Part shown: in pieces, positions 11,103-26,400 of the stretch
Position numbering within the stretch: the first letter of the stretch is position 1
Layout of the letters: each line of letters opens with the position of its first letter
NCBI GenBank assembly: GCA_904063045.1
Contig: CAJFCJ010000001.1
Span: 620,001-684,000, forward strand
From: Dimorphilus gyrociliatus
Taxonomy: Eukaryota > Animalia > Annelida
DNA: 64,000 nt
Direction: 5' to 3'
Notes under the pieces: model-generated
The model's database searches: none
Seen by the model: only the letters and a program-made list of their open reading frames with translations
Told to the model about the DNA's origin: nothing
Program-made: the position numbers and the translations under genes

Positions 11103-12353
11103 TTTGCCCAACAATTTAATAATTACGCCAAATTAATCAGAAGATATTTGTAGATTCAAGCAACAACCATGTGATTCGTCACTGGGCCAAACGGAAATGA
11201 AATGAATGTAAGCGATTCCTCGGTAATCGATTTATATCATATCGTATTTTTTCGATACGATTATTTATACGAAATTATTATATATTCAGAGCAAATAATA
11301 TTGAAATATAACTATGAAGAAAATTCTTTTTTCTATATGGGAAGCTAAAAAACATGTAATCCTTTAGCATAATTTAGACATTTAGTACGAAGAAACTCAT
11401 AAATTCAATATAAAGAGGGGGAATTATAAAATAATTACAATTTCCTGTTAGTAATATTACCACTGACGAATGACTAACAAAAATGTATTATTCTGGTTCT
11501 CATCATGTCATATTGTAATTTAGCTTGACATACTTGAAACAATTGATCACCTCATTATACAAGTTAAGTTCAAATTTACTAAATATAAGACTTGATTTGT
11601 AAAATTAACCTCTTAATAAGATTAACTAAGTGGACTTTATTTTACAATAACGCTCTAATGGGAAAGTTAGGTGTCTAAAATTTCGAACTTTTTTCTGCTT
11701 CAAAGGAAAAATGTTAACCGTTAAATTTCTTCAAAAAGGCCAACAAGTAAGTAAGATAAATAAAAATTAATATATTGACATAATTGGATATAGGTCTATT
11801 TTAAACTTAAAATAACTTTTTATTCACTGTTCGTTCTATCAATTTTACAGAATTTGGCATCATTTTAGATAATTTTATAATAGCTGTAAGCATTTGACCA
11901 GCTGGCTTAATGTAACTACTCGTCTATTTCAAAGATTATCGTAATTAAAGGACTGAGGGAAGTGATATATGCTATATTCTAAGATACTCTAAACGATCTT
12001 GACTTGACTGAAGCGTGGATTCTGGTAGACAAATATAGAAACTTCATTCAAGAACTGCTGAACACTTTTTTACTGCTTTTGTGTGAATAGCTGATTTTCT
12101 CTGTTGAAATATAAAATGCTGCCGAGAGATTGAAACCTTTTAGATTGGTTTTAATATTGTTCTACTTCCAAAAACCTTGCTTTTTCACTGATATGTGGTA
12201 AATATAAGAAATTAATATTTCAAACTGGATTATCTAAATCTAATAGCACTCATTTACTTTTGATTAGCAATTTATATAAAGATACAGGGACATTTCCCAC
12301 ACCGGCAAAGCTTAACAAATGTCTATTTTGCTTTGTCTGTAAAAACAGGCAAC

Positions 12354-12365
12354 CGCGCATGCGCA
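12354..12365. promoter_or_regulatory. NRF1/Erect-wing type GCGCATGCGC palindromic element upstream of the SLC10 gene
   Basis: CGCGCATGCGCA in an otherwise AT-rich region. Confidence 0.5.
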
Positions 12366-12774
12366 TGTCAAAATCGTTTGAAGTATATAGTATGAACTTT
12401 TCGCTGTAAAACGATATAAACGCTCTCTAGTGATCTGCAATATTATTAAAAGAAGAAAATTATTTTATACTTTGTTCTAGGATATTTTCTGGAAACATAC
12501 AGAATCAATTTTACTGCTGCTCCAGAATCATGGAGGCCATTGCTGTTTACTTGATGATCCTGTCGCAAAAATCAATGTTACTTTGATAATTAGTAAATCT
12601 CAAAGAGATTTTCAAGAAGAAATATTAAAAGTAGTATTATCTTGCATTATGCAAATATAAAATTATTAATCATTTGATATAATTGACACGGATTTTCAGT
12701 TACGCAGCAATATTTTTGATAAGCCAGCACATTTGTACTGATAACGCTGACGACAATCGTAAAATAGTACTGAA

Positions 12775-14255
12775 ATGAGTCGAGAACTGTTGTTGTTAGT
12801 TTTTTTGCCCGTAATTTTGGCATCGTCTTGTGTCATAAATATAGAGACAGTGCCGGATAAAATAAGCCTTAAGCATTCCTCCACCCTTGACGTTCATTTC
12901 TTCACAAATGTGTCTATGTGTGAACCGGAAGATTTTCATAGTACAAATTTTTTGGAAGTTAAAACTTCTAATAAGGATGTTGCCATCCTTAATGAATCAA
13001 CTATTCAAATTGGAGAAAATACAACTGTTAAAGTAACGAGCTATCATGTTGGACTATGTGATTTGCTATTCAGTGTTAATAAGTCAAATACAACAATAAA
13101 TATGGAAAATAATAGAATAGAAGTGCTCTTAGGGAAAAAATCTCTAAATAAGGCTTTTGTAATCATTTTAGCAATTTTAATTTTGGTAAATAATACTGGA
13201 TTTGGCTGCAAATTAGAGGCAGCTTTACTTTGGAAGACTCTTAAAAAACCTCTACCTCCCGCTATTGGCTTCGTCTGTCAATTTGGCTTGATGGCTCCTG
13301 TATGTTAAATCTTTTTGCTAGTTAATATAATTTAATTTTTACGTTTGCTATTTCAAGCTGTCTTTCGGTATCACTCACCTCTGGAATTTGGATCCTTTGT
13401 ATGGTATTGGCTTGTTAACTATTGGTGCTGCTCCAGGGGGAGGTGGAAGTAATATTTTTGCCATATTACTTGATGCTGATTTGGAATTAAGTATTACGAT
13501 GAGTACTATTAGCACCTTCGCTGCCTTGGGTAAAACTAAATAGAAATTTTCCGTTTGAAGTATAATAAGTTTGTTTTCTTTTATTTACAGGAATGACTCC
13601 ACTCTGGCTTCATGTATTAGGCACGCGTATTTTGTCAAGAGCAAAAGCTCACATTCCTGTTAAAAACGTATTTATATCTCTGGCTACAATTACTATACCA
13701 GTTATATTTGGTATGCTGATAACGAGATTTGCTCCCAAAGTCTCAAAAGTTGCAAGCAAATACTTGAAAATTTTCATGCTTTTCTCTGGTTGTATATTTT
13801 TCACAGTTTTAGTTTACACTAATTGGTATTTGATACCTTTGGTGAATTTCAAAATAATATCGTCTTGCTTAGCCCTATCAGCCAGTGGTTATCTATTAGG
13901 CGGTATCATTGCATGGGTCTGTAGGCAAGGAAGGGATAAGAATATAACTATATCTATAGAAACTGGATTTCAGAATGTTACTATGAGCCTTTTTCTTTTA
14001 AACATCTCTCTGCATCACCCAGAATCAGACCTGGCTAGTCTAATACCGATAACATATTCTTTGTTTGGTTCGGTATTACCTGCCTTAGCATACGTTATTT
14101 ATGCTACAAAGAATCTAATTGAAAATTATCGTAAGAAATCTGCTGAAAGTGATTATCAAAAAGTGGAAGCAATTGGAGGAAGTGATTCTACAGTCTGTTC
14201 TGATATCAAAGACGATGATAAAAGGATTTCAGACGTGGAACTAGAAAAAGTTTAA
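12775..14255 (+). CDS. SLC10 family sodium/bile acid cotransporter (P3/ASBT-like) with signal peptide and glycosylated luminal N-domain
   Basis: Three exons; GFGCKLE..PAIGFVCQFGLMAP, APGGGGSNIFAILLDADLELSITMSTIST, ISIETGFQN; several NxS/T sites in the N-terminus. Confidence 0.92.
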
Positions 14256-14802
14256 AGAAGTGCTATTTTTGTAATTTTTGGTCTTAATGACTCGTTTCAT
14301 GTCAAATAAAGTTCTTAGGGTCTCTAATTAGTTTAAAAATGATACTATCGAAACGATTATACTTATCTTTTTTGTAAGTATAACAGATAATTAATTAAAA
14401 AAATATTTGTCATTGTTTACTAATGAACGAAAAAAAACCTTTTTAAATCTAGCAACGAAGAGTCATGTTTTTTGCATGTTATATGTAAGATCGTTAACTG
14501 CAATTGTTATAAGGTTTATTAATAACGAAATAATAAATATAGCATTAAAAAGAATGCATAATAACAATTGTAATATCATCTTTTCTATATTAGTAGATCA
14601 TTGTACGTAAGCTTAAAATACTAAAAGTATAGTATTCAAATTGAAACATTTGAGAAATTTTTGACTACGATAGAAACTCATTAATAATTTTCTGTACATT
14701 AAGTAATCTCTTCTGTAAGCTTTAATTTGTCAGATCTGATGTAGAAATCAATATGTATATCAAAGGTATTCATTTTTACAGGTTGGCAAATTGAACTTTT
14801 CG

Positions 14803-17630
14803 CTAGTACAGGCCTATTTCTTCAAGGATGCTTTGGGGTTCGTCACTTTCCTGTAATGTAAAAGAATCATTAACGAAGCATTTAATACGTAAAAAAAGAT
14901 GGTTAGTTTATTGGTGTATAAAAAGGAACAAATATACTAATTTAGTAATTTTAATGAGAGTTTAGCATTGTTGACTGATAATTAATCAAATATGTAGATA
15001 CTTACATTGTTAGTATTTTGAAGAGACGCAACAATTCACTTTCGAGATAATAGGGTTTACATAAATGAAACAAATATAATAATACATTGTATACTTGTTT
15101 TCAATGCCAATATATTAGTATAATAGCTGCAAGCCTACTAATGGGATAAATGAAAAATAACGCTGAGGTCTCATTGTCTGCTATAATTTCCTATATGCAA
15201 TGCATTTACACGTAGAGAACTTCACATCATTTTCTTCATAAATGAAAACAATCGATTTAACTTCATTTCCTTTTTAATTTTATTTTACAAAAGAAACAAT
15301 TTTCTATCTAATGATGAGCTGTTTGATTTTTGTTTTTAAATAGAGAAATCAAAAGAACCATTCCACAAAAAATAGAACAAAATCAAAATAATTTAGCGTC
15401 TATACAATAGAGGAAAGGAAATCAGAATTTTGATATTTTTTGAAAGAGAAGAAAAACAGACACTTTCTTTTTTTTTCTTGGTTCTAGAAATTATTACATC
15501 TATCGAGATTGTACAAAATATGACAGGTTATTTTGTCTCTCCCTATTACCCTAACTAATGCATGACAAATTGATAATAAATATTTATAATTGCATGTTCA
15601 TGCGTCGTTATATGCTCAAGCATTGTTACAAATCACTTAAAACTTGCATGCAATGATTACAAGGTCTGTTTAAAGAAGTCAGGCAATTTTTTTATAGACT
15701 CAACCTAATCCGTTATCTTCAAAAAATCCTTGCGGCATTTCGTCCTGTTTTATGCAAGAAAGAAACTTGATACAAATCAAGAAGCTTGATGCAAATGAAT
15801 AAAGAGTGCAATTGGATAATGCTTCTTCACAAAACAACCAATATAGTAAGAGAATTTTCGATGTAACAAAATAAAAACGGACCTACTAAGCCCATAAGAA
15901 AAGAGGGATGAAAAAAATTATATACGCCATAATCAACCAGTCTCTCATAATAATTGAAAAGTCTAAAAATCTGCTTTAAACCAATTTTGAGAGATAGAAT
16001 TTTCTTTTGTTCAAATATGCAGGTGTACTTTTTTAGTATAGGATTTTTAAGAGTTTTATATCTAAAACACGTATTCATATTTGTGGTAAGCAGATTTTTA
16101 GGTTGCATACCAACAGATACAACAAAAGAAATTTTAAAGATTGATAATGATAATCGTACCTCTTGCAGTAGATCGGCAGCTGTTATGGCTTTAAGCACAT
16201 TTTTCTTCGAAGTCTCTTGTACTTCTCCTCCCAGAACGAATTCGTCAAGAACAAAATAGGCTTTTTCAAAGTTGAATATAATATCTAATTCACAAACCTG
16301 TAAGCACCAACAAGCACTTTTAAAAAGACGTATTTAGAAAATTTAAGTAATAATCAATGAGCATTCAATGATTTTAAATGAATTTGATAACTTCAATACT
16401 ATTACGTTTAAAATAGGGATTGTTTAACTTCTAGATGAATAATTATTTTTCAAATTCATTCCTCTCAATGATTGAAGTGATTAGAAAAAAGCGGAGCTTC
16501 CATTTAAAAAATGAAATAAATAAGAAAGGATTGATAGGAGTGACAAAAAACAAGACAAATATAAATAAATTTCATGCTAAAACTAAACTACCCATATCCT
16601 TGAATAATAAGGGAAATTCTTTAAAAAAAAAAGAAGTTACAACGATCTTATATTTTAATTAGTATTTTTGTTCCCAAGTCATTTACACACTCACACTGCC
16701 AAAGTATTTGTCGAGTAATTCCACATAACGATGAATAATCTCTAAAGTCAGCAATTCATTATCTTTAGCATCGACACAGCAGCAAAAGTATAAACTGGCA
16801 TATCTGTCCAATTTTGAATAAAAAAAATATATATAAATCTACGGCGTTTGGTCAAAAATAATTGACCGTTACGAGTAATACTAATTGTCATTCCTTTCTG
16901 AAAAAGTATGTAGTGTAAGACATAAAGCTTTTTTTTTTAGGTTAATATTTTGGCTTAAGTTTAGGAGATATATGCGAGTATGTCTACGAAATGAGAAAAG
17001 ATTTAAGCTTGAAATACGAGCAGAAACACAATATTAAAAAAATCAGGTGCGAATTTGTGCACGTAAGTTGAAATTACAGAAAATCAAAGGGGCAGTACGT
17101 TATTTAAGCTTTAATTTCAAATTTGAAATTATTTGTGTATACTTTTCTCACTTACGTTTCCGAAATATTTATCTAGCAATTCGACGTATCGATGAATTAA
17201 TTCTAAAGTCATTAATTCGTTGTCATTTTTGTCAACACAACAACAAAAATAAAGGCTTGCGTACCTGCCAGTTTGTATGTTATAAAATCATCATATTTTA
17301 ATTTATAGTAAAACTAAATGTGAAAAAAATTACTCTTACCGTTTGTAAACAACTTTCTTATCCTTCCATTCAATAAAACTACACATTTTTGGCTTTCTTG
17401 ACAAAACATTCGTTATTAATTCCCTAGTAATTTTCTTCTTCAGTTTCTCTTGGTGGGCGACAAACCATTTTTGTAATCGTAATTTGCCTTGTCGGCTGAA
17501 TAGCAGCATAAATTGCAGCTGAAAAATGGATAAAGTTAGGTATCACACCTGAATAATTAGCGCATTCGCGGGGAAACTCTAATAAAGTATTTTATTCATC
17601 ATAAGGTGACATAAGTTGATTACAAACCAT
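14803..17630 (-). CDS. AP1S: AP-1 complex sigma subunit
   Basis: ATG-only first exon (17630-17628, tentative); [63 protein letters not shown]; distal last exon [15 protein letters not shown] at ~14850-14803. Confidence 0.93.
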
Positions 17631-17942
17631 TCTTGGCTTTTAATCAATGTATGATATTGTGAAATTACAAAATTTCAACAATCCCAGAAACGGAGAACAA
17701 TATTTCAAACGATATGGTATCGACGCTAAATCGACATCGAAAGTTTGCTGATACACTTGTACTTCCTGTTTTTGGCGCCTTGGCGCATGTGCAAATAGGG
17801 ACACTGTACATATTGCAAATTTTGATTCTGACTAAAATTCATTATCGCAAGCACATGGTCTCTTTGTAGACTTAGAAAAGACGTGCTCCTGCCGAAACAG
17901 TTTATCGAACATTTAAGTCTATTTTAAGTACTTTTAAGCAAA

Positions 17943-20274
17943 ATGAAAGGTAATAAGAAGAAAGGAAAGAATAACTCGCTTGTACAACAGGCATCTGTAA
18001 GTATTTCATTCATTAACTATATATTCTAATAAGATCTGAGATTAGAGTAACTGAAATTAAATTCATCAATTATCGCTATCCACGTGAATTGAAATTAAGA
18101 GAATGTTAAATATTACATTTCATTTATAAAATTTTAATATTCGATGTCAACTGAAAGTATTTTTATTTATTAGACTCCTCAGGCCAAGAAAAACGCAAAA
18201 GGGCTTGTTAAGCAAAATAAAACACCCAAATCAGAGCCCCAACCAAAAAGGAAAAAGTTAATGCAAGAAATTGATGAAGAGTTGAGTGATAATGATTTCG
18301 AAGTAAGCTAACCTTGAATAAAAAATTATTTGGAAATTTATTGATTAATTCGTTAAAGCTTTTAATCCAACAATTGCGACAAAACGAAGCTAAAAGAGCT
18401 GCAAAAAAAAAGAAAGGGGAGAAAGTGGTAAGTCAGCCAAGCAAATTTTAAGTATTCCAGTATTACATTCCTATTCAATAGTCGGAATCTGAAGAATCAG
18501 ATGAAGAGGGATTAGATGTAGATGATAGTGATAATCCTGAGATTGGATCAGATGATTTAGATAGTGATGATTTAATGGACGAAGACTTTGATGAAGACAG
18601 TGACGATGAGTTAAGTGATGATGATGATAGTGTTGACGACGATGACGAAGATGAAGAAACATCACCACCTCCAAAGGTAAAAATTAGATTTAGAAAACCA
18701 TATAAAATTTCAATCAATTAATTATTAATTAATTTTTTCTAGAAGAAGGCAAATAAAAATGACATAAAGGGAGCTAAACAAGCTGAAAAGAAGAAACTTG
18801 AGGTATTGTAATATGTTTTCATTAGTTGAACATTGATTTCAACATACATATTTTTTAAACAGAATAATAAAGGGAAGAAGGATGTAAAGCAAGAACAAAA
18901 AAAGAATGGAAAAGAACTTAAAACTAAAGCTCAAGTGAGTAAGAATGTCAAAGAAGCGAAAGTTAAGGTCCAAGATAAAAAGAATGCCAATGAAGTGAAA
19001 TCTAAAGTTCAGGAGAAAAAAAATAGTAATGAGCAAGGTAAAGGTAAAGGAAAGAAATCTACTGAAGCAGTTGAAACAGTAAAGGAGCAAGTAAAAAGTA
19101 ATGTCGAAGTTTTTAAATATTGATAGCCTACTAATTTCTTTATATGCAGATGCTGCAAAGTCTCTAAAAAATGCTGATAAAAAAGCTGCAGGTAACATTT
19201 TTAATTGTAATTAATAGGCTACAAATATCTATCTTTACATACAAACCTACAGAGGACCAAAATGACAGAACTTTATTTGTAAAGAATCTTCCAAGGAAGG
19301 TCACAGACAGTGTTCTTAAAAGTCTTCACCCTGGCATCGTTAATGTCCGTCTAAGATTACAAATGAAAAAGAAGTCATGCTATGCTTTCTTAGAATTTAA
19401 AAACAAAGCAAATGTTGAAGAGGCATTTAAAAGTTTAAAAACGAAAGTACTTGATGGAAAAACTTTATATGTTGATTATTGCAATAATAAGAGTCAAAAA
19501 CCAGGAAAAACAAATAAGCAAAATATGGGTAAAGTGTATAATATTTTAAAATTTTGTAATGTCTAAATATTGAATTGATCTTGCAGCTGTAGATCCTTTA
19601 AAGTTGTATGTAACGGGATTCGACAAAAGTACATCTGAGCAAGACTTAAAGTCTCTTTTCCCAAAATCTCATAGAATTGATATACCTAAGAACAAACAAG
19701 GAAAGATATTGGGGTAAGATATCATTTATTATCAACTTTTCGACTTGTATAGCTAAAATTTTGTGTTTTCATAGAATGGCCTTTATACATTTCAAAACTG
19801 AAGCTGATGCCAAACAACAGCATGATTCAGCACAAGGAAAAACTTACAAGGAAAGACAATTAATTGTACTATATGCTAGAGCCACTAAGAGAAAAGCTGA
19901 AACCCAACCTGGTAAGATTTTCTGAAAAAAAGGGGTCATTTGCAATTATCTATAACGCTATTGTTCAAAAAGATTCACCAACGAAAGAGAAAAAGAAGAA
20001 ACTCTCAAAGAAAGTAGTTGAAGAGGAAGATATTGAAGATGATGATGATGACGATGACGATGAGGATGACGATGAGGATGACGAGGAAGATGACGAGGAA
20101 GATGACGAGGATGATGACGAGGATGATGACGAGGACGACGATGACGATGAATCCTTAATTGACGATGAAGCTGATGAGGATGATGATAGCGAGGATGATG
20201 ATGATGATGACGATATTGATGCACAAGAAATAATGGGTCAGGTTGATGAATTAGGATCTAGTGATAGTGAATAA
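17943..20274 (+). CDS. Second nucleolin-like RNA-binding protein: acidic tract, Lys-rich region, two RRMs, acidic C-terminus, no GAR domain
   Basis: Multi-exon; RTLFVKNLP..CYAFLEF..LDGKTLYVDYC and KLYVTGF..KNKQGKILG|MAFIHF; D/E tracts at ~18480-18660 and ~20020-20220. Confidence 0.8.
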
Positions 20275-20453
20275 AACCTATGTTTTAGGTAACATTTCTC
20301 AATCTTTTATTTTCTGTTGGGATACATATTTTATGTACCTTTATCGTTTTTTTGTTTGATAAAAGTGACTAATAATATAGTGTACAATAAAGCAGATTTG
20401 TTTTATTCTTATGAAATTAGCATACAAAAAAAAAGCATTTTTACTCGAGAGGA

Positions 20454-23400
20454 CTAGTCAACTTTATGCTTTGTGACCTTAAGCATAGTCTCTGGTGTTC
20501 TATACAAGAAATGTAATTGCGCGAACAATTCTTCTTCCAATCGGAAATCTTGGCACTCTCTGACCAAGTATAATTCGATACACAAGTTATAAATTCTTTC
20601 TACTTGTGGCATTTCTTCATATATCATTCGTCTTGAAAGTCCGTCGATGAATGTTGATCTCATAAACTTTCCGATGACAAATACGATAGACACATACATG
20701 GTTATGATCGAACTAGCAGGAAGGAGGAAGAGAAGAGGAGCTGGTGCTACTCTATCATTAATTGTTATGAACGATATAAATTTCTTTATGCTTCCAGAAT
20801 TACTGTCTGTTAATTCTGATAGTTCCCACCACTTGTTAATTGAGTCAAAAATATCGGATGAATTCTTCTCTAATGTTTTTAGATTGAGAGTAACATTACA
20901 ACATGGCTCAGATGCACGATCGAGCACGTCTATCTTGTTTGGTGGTTCTTTAGCAGGAACACGAAAGTATTGAGGAAATAAGAAATCGAAACGTCTGAAA
21001 ATAACAATTAAGTTAAACTGAAGAAAAGTTGTCAATTCAGACAAAATATATTTACATCGGTGTTGTTGATGAACCATTTATCATTCCAGCAAGTTCATGA
21101 CGTATTTTTCCACCCCTTGGCAGCGGATGGATAATTTGAGCACTCACTGATTCAGTTTGAATTCCCTCTTTAGGTCTCCGCTTCACGGATATAGAGAAGA
21201 CTAGATTGATGTCTGTTCTGGGATTGAGTAAATCTTCAAATAAAGATCTTTGGATAGGCGGACTTATTCCCCAAACTGCTGTCGATTTTCCATTGATTTG
21301 TATTTGTTTAACGTCTTCGGCTCTAATGGGGGCCAGATATCTTCTTGCATCCTATATCGTAATAGATATCTAAGTAAAAGTTAAAATAAAAGGATACAAT
21401 GACAAACCTTATCTACAAAACTATCCTTGAATTCTTTAAAAGCACTATCCGAATAGTTTTTAATAAACTGTTGTTGAGCGCTAACTGTAAATAGTGGCTG
21501 AAATCCTCCCAAAGAAATTGAAACGGTAACGTCAGTTGGAGGATTACTGACGTAGACATTTGAAATGAAGGAAAATAAGAGTAAGGGACACCATATGATG
21601 AACACTAATAATCCCAAAATTAAGCCTCCAAAACCATATTTGACACATTTACTTCTGACGGTTGCTCGAGGAGTAGGCCATTCTTTTTCAGATCTCCTCC
21701 AACATTTTGAAATGAATATATTATTGAAGATATCCTCTACTTGCAGCCATGAACTTAAACTTAAAGTTGTGTCCGTCCACATCCAGTCCATCAAACATCT
21801 CATTTCTAATAGGAAAGGAACAGCCAAGTATCCTTTAAAGAGAAATAGATTTACGTAATTGTATTGTCTAGTCAAAAAATTGCCCAAAATTTGAGTTGGA
21901 TAACCAGAACGTATTTGATAGGCTGATAGTCCAAAATAAACACACTTTATGACATACCAAACCTGGACGGGAATATTTTCGGTGAATTTTCTCTCTGTGA
22001 TTTGTGGCAGCACAAAAAATAATCCAACATGAACAACGAAAACGAGCATAATCTGGAAGATGAATTTTCCAAAAACTTCTTTTCTTAAATATAATGCTCT
22101 ATCTATAATAATAAGTAGAAATTGCACTATGAGCATAGCCAGAAATGGCGTTGGAACTTGGTTCTTTTGTATTGCAGCTGTTACAGCTTCATCGTTGGCT
22201 GTCGGACCAAAATAGGAATAGAAGAAGATAGCAATAAAGAAATTGATAAAATCGCAGAGGAACATAAACTTATAGACGTCAACGGTTGTGCTATACTTTG
22301 GATCCCTCATTCTTTTATAAAATAGATAAAAAGGCAAAAAACATTTGGGAATTTTCTTTTGAGGAATATTCATTTGATCCGTTACGGTTTCAGCTTTTTC
22401 CGATCCTATTTGGGCACTAAGAGATCCTACTGAGGATCTCCTTTCTAAATTTAATTCTGAGGGCTTTGACTGTAAAGCAGATGGTGATGTCTCTTCTGGC
22501 ATTTGATCGAATACTTCCTGGTTCGTTTCTCCTTGCAATTGTCCACCAGCCTCGGCTAAGTCCGTATCCATATCTTGAGCGTCTTTCCATAGTCCAAAAC
22601 GACGTAGGTTTGATCGATGTATAAATAAGCACACCAATAAAAATAAGTCTAATAGAGCATAGTTGTCCTTCTTGTCAACTCCGATTATTGAGGGCCACAC
22701 AGCCTCTGATTTTGATGAGTTCCAAGAAAAGAAACTGAACTGGAAGAGGTACTTGACAACAACTATTACTTCAGTATATAACAAAAGAATTAACCAATAG
22801 CGCTTAGTTGGTCTTGGAACAGTTAACATGGCCCAAAGGAACACTGATACTGGGAAAGCCATAGAGAGTACTGAGGCGGAGAGGAGGACATTGAGAATCA
22901 TGGCAAAGTAGCAAACAATCTCTGATCGAGCATTTAAGGCTTGTACAATAGCAACAATAAGACGAAAAAGTCGATAGGAATGTTCTTGAAAATCCTTTTC
23001 TTTTTGAGTTGCATCCTTGTGACCTTCGAGTCCAGCTAGGTCTGCCTCATCAGGATTATCAGGCTCTTGAAAGTTACTAGGATCCGTTAATAAGTCATCA
23101 TCATCTCTATCAGATTCCCTCAGCGAATGGGCTCTTACCATATCTATAAATGAAAAACGTGCATGTTACTTATTCAATAGTCATAACATAAAATATATTA
23201 CTCAATGGAGCCTGATGTTTCTCAGCAATCTTCAATTCATTAATCTTGTTAGCAACGGCATTATACTCGGCCGATTGAGCTTCTATCTTAATTATTAAAT
23301 AGTCAAGTAAAGTTAGGAAAAGTCTCCATATATTTTTAATCAAATTCGTAAATCCACTTTTATCTATTAAGAGAAAGGAGAAAATATTATTGACATTTTG

Positions 23401-26400
23401 TTAAAATACAAAAGAAGAAAGATGATTTTATACTTTGTTCTTTTTCTACATTTGACTCGGATAGATTGTTTTCTATTCCATCTTCATCAGGATCTAGTTT
23501 GGTCGATGAACCAACGTTAGCAGTCACTTTACTCGATTCATCACTTTGCTTTCCCTAAATAAAAAATACAGATGTGATAAAACAGAATTCTATAATACAT
23601 TAAAATATTTATAAAAAATGAGAAAAGAGACAAACAAACAATAAATAACGCTATAAATGAAGAAAACTCATTCTAAATAAACCTGTAGAAAGTTAATAAA
23701 AATATCTGTCAACGCTTTAACGGCAGCTGGAAAAAAGAAGTGAATGGAGGGAGGTTTATTACGAAAGAACCTCTTCTTGTAAGTGTTTGGTAGAATATCG
23801 CTTAAACTTTGCTCTAGTATTGGATACTGATGACATAAAATAGAAAAATGCTCATAGTTCAAAACGTAATCATTGTTAAGTATTCTAAATTTATCACTAA
23901 GAATCCTTACTACATAAATAGAATGTAAATTATGCGTTAATGAAGATCTATCAGATATCCTAAATGGTAAATCAGATGACGGATATACAGTTGAACGCTA
24001 CACGTAAAAAATGAATTAGTTTAAGTGAGAAAAATACCTACTTTCTTTTTTGTTACCGTTTTATGTATCTTTGTAAGATTCATTAATTTAACAAGAGGAC
24101 TTTCCGACATGTCATCGTCAAAATCTAGGTGACTACTATCAGATAGTGTATCCGATGCATCTAATTCATCTGTATCATCATCGAACATGTAATAATCCCC
24201 ACTTCTTATAATAATATAATGATCATTTGATTCTAATAGTGCTCTTTGTTGCAACTTCATTTGTCGCATTTTGATTCGTTTCATTTTCTTTTTTATAATA
24301 TTCAAGTGATGCTCTTCCCTCTTCTTCCGTTTTTCCACTACCAAAACTAAATGTTTGTTAATAATCTCTGCTCCGGCTGCGGCTTGTTTATTTTGAGCCA
24401 CTATTTCCTCTCGTACATGTCTAAAGTAATGCGATTGAAAAGTTCGAAGAAGAAAGATAAGTATTACGAAAGAAAGAGAATCCCAGGTCATGTTTGCTTC
24501 GTCGGTCTTCGTCAGACATTTATTACTTGAACCATTCTCATCGTAAGGATTATACCATCTTTTAAAGCAGACAATGTTAAATAATTGCTGAACCCAGCAT
24601 AATTGCTTGTCAGCATAAACGCATGCCAGTAGTTGTAAACATGATTTCGTGAATATGACAAACAAGTTAAATCCAAGCATTAATCTCCAATTTCTAAGTA
24701 AAGTCTTGATGGGTTTAACAAACATCTCCATCCCCATCCAGAGGAAATAGAAGCAACCGAATAAGTAGCCTAAACCGAACAAGGTAACTCTATGTGTTCC
24801 AGTAACGAATAGGAAAATAAGTGATAACCAAAAGAGATACTGGAATACAAATGATTTTAGGTAATCTAGATAAGATTCTTTGTAAGTTATAAAGTCTTTC
24901 GTCGGATTAGGTGCTGTTTTGTCATCAAAAACAGCAGTAACATCTTCATTAGAACCACCTTTATATTCTGTATTTGATTCCAACGAGAATACCTCCCACA
25001 TTCTAGACACACAAAGAAGCTGAAAAAAGTCTGAGAGTAACTTGTGACTGTTTGGTGGAGTAGTCGTAAAAGTTGGAAGAAATAGCCAAATTTTCAAATT
25101 ATTCGTAAAACCATTCCTGCCATCCCATGTATAAGTTTGACAAATGACAGGCGGGACCCCTAACACAGCTAGATATTGTATTGCCAAAAATATTGTCAAT
25201 AACACCATGTATATGGGCCACATATAGTGTCTCCCCTTGTGTCCAATAGCCACCATAATTATTAAGAGTATTGTATATATGACCGAATAGACATCCATTC
25301 TTAGCCAAATAGTTAATATTGACATACTGAAGCATATTTCTTCTCCAAATTTATAAAATCCATAATTCATTAAGAATTTGAAACAGTTCAAAAGACCTAA
25401 ATCGGCATCTTGCCTACCTATATTATGAAATATTGTACCATAATCGGGTCTATTAATATTTGGAGTTTTGTAGCGTTGTATTTGTCTAGTTTTTATTACT
25501 CCTTGCAATGAAATTAGGACGACAATAGCTACGTATCTCTTTAAATAATTAGCCAAATGAGTAGTCTTTTCGAATCCCAAGTACACGTTAGTATCATTAT
25601 TAATTGTTACATTTCCCATATCAGTACAATTTACAATCCATCTATCGGTAAATGATAGCTGATAAGCCATCTTAAATAGTATGGCTGCTGATGTAAAAAG
25701 TAGTATTAAAGTTGTCGTTAGAGATGCTAGAGAATGAATATGGGATAATGGGAGACAGACTAGTAAGAGAACAACCAGAACGACGTTAATTGCTGATACT
25801 TCTTTGATACAACATACAAAAACCACAATGCAGACTATTTTGAAACAGTGGACCTCTGCAATTCTCCAAAGAACTTCAATTAACTGGTCAAGAAGTTTTC
25901 GAAAAGAGATGGCTAGTTTTTCGGCTTCTTGATAAAAGTTGAAGCTCTTTTCTTGAGAGTTTTCAATATTTTCTTCATCTTCTGCATGCTCTTCTTCTGA
26001 CCTCCTTCAAAACAAGAATATAACAATTTTATAACAAATTAGAAGACATATAAAGTAGCAAAATTGCAAACCTTTCTTCAATATTCGCTATTTCATTTAT
26101 CTCTGACGGAGGGTTTAAGATATTACTGAAAAAGATATTAAAATGAGATAAAAAAAATACATCACAACTATTGACAGTGCAAACTTACCGAAATCTATTT
26201 ATATCCGATAACTTCATGAAGGGTTCGTGGAAATAATGAATTTGAATAATTATCACAACCAAGAAAGAAGCTGGAGTCAGCAACTTTGTAAACAATTGTA
26301 CAGCAGAAAACTTTTGAAAGCCAAGATCTGCAATAATTTTTGCAGATAAACCTGAAAATTTACATTTCATTAGATTACAAGAAAATAATGTCTAACTGAG

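Noticed and set aside
11650-12250. Exon-like segments between NCL and the SLC10 gene
   Set aside because: All frames close quickly; may be untranslated or lncRNA exons but cannot be supported
15590-15830. Two possible + strand mini-exons inside the long AP1S intron
   Set aside because: No start codon or upstream acceptor in frame; no homology
17997-18175. Possible H/ACA fold in intron 1 of the nucleolin-like paralog (TAACTGA complementary to 18S UCAGUUA)
   Set aside because: Only one pocket strand pairs, and the geometry does not place a U correctly
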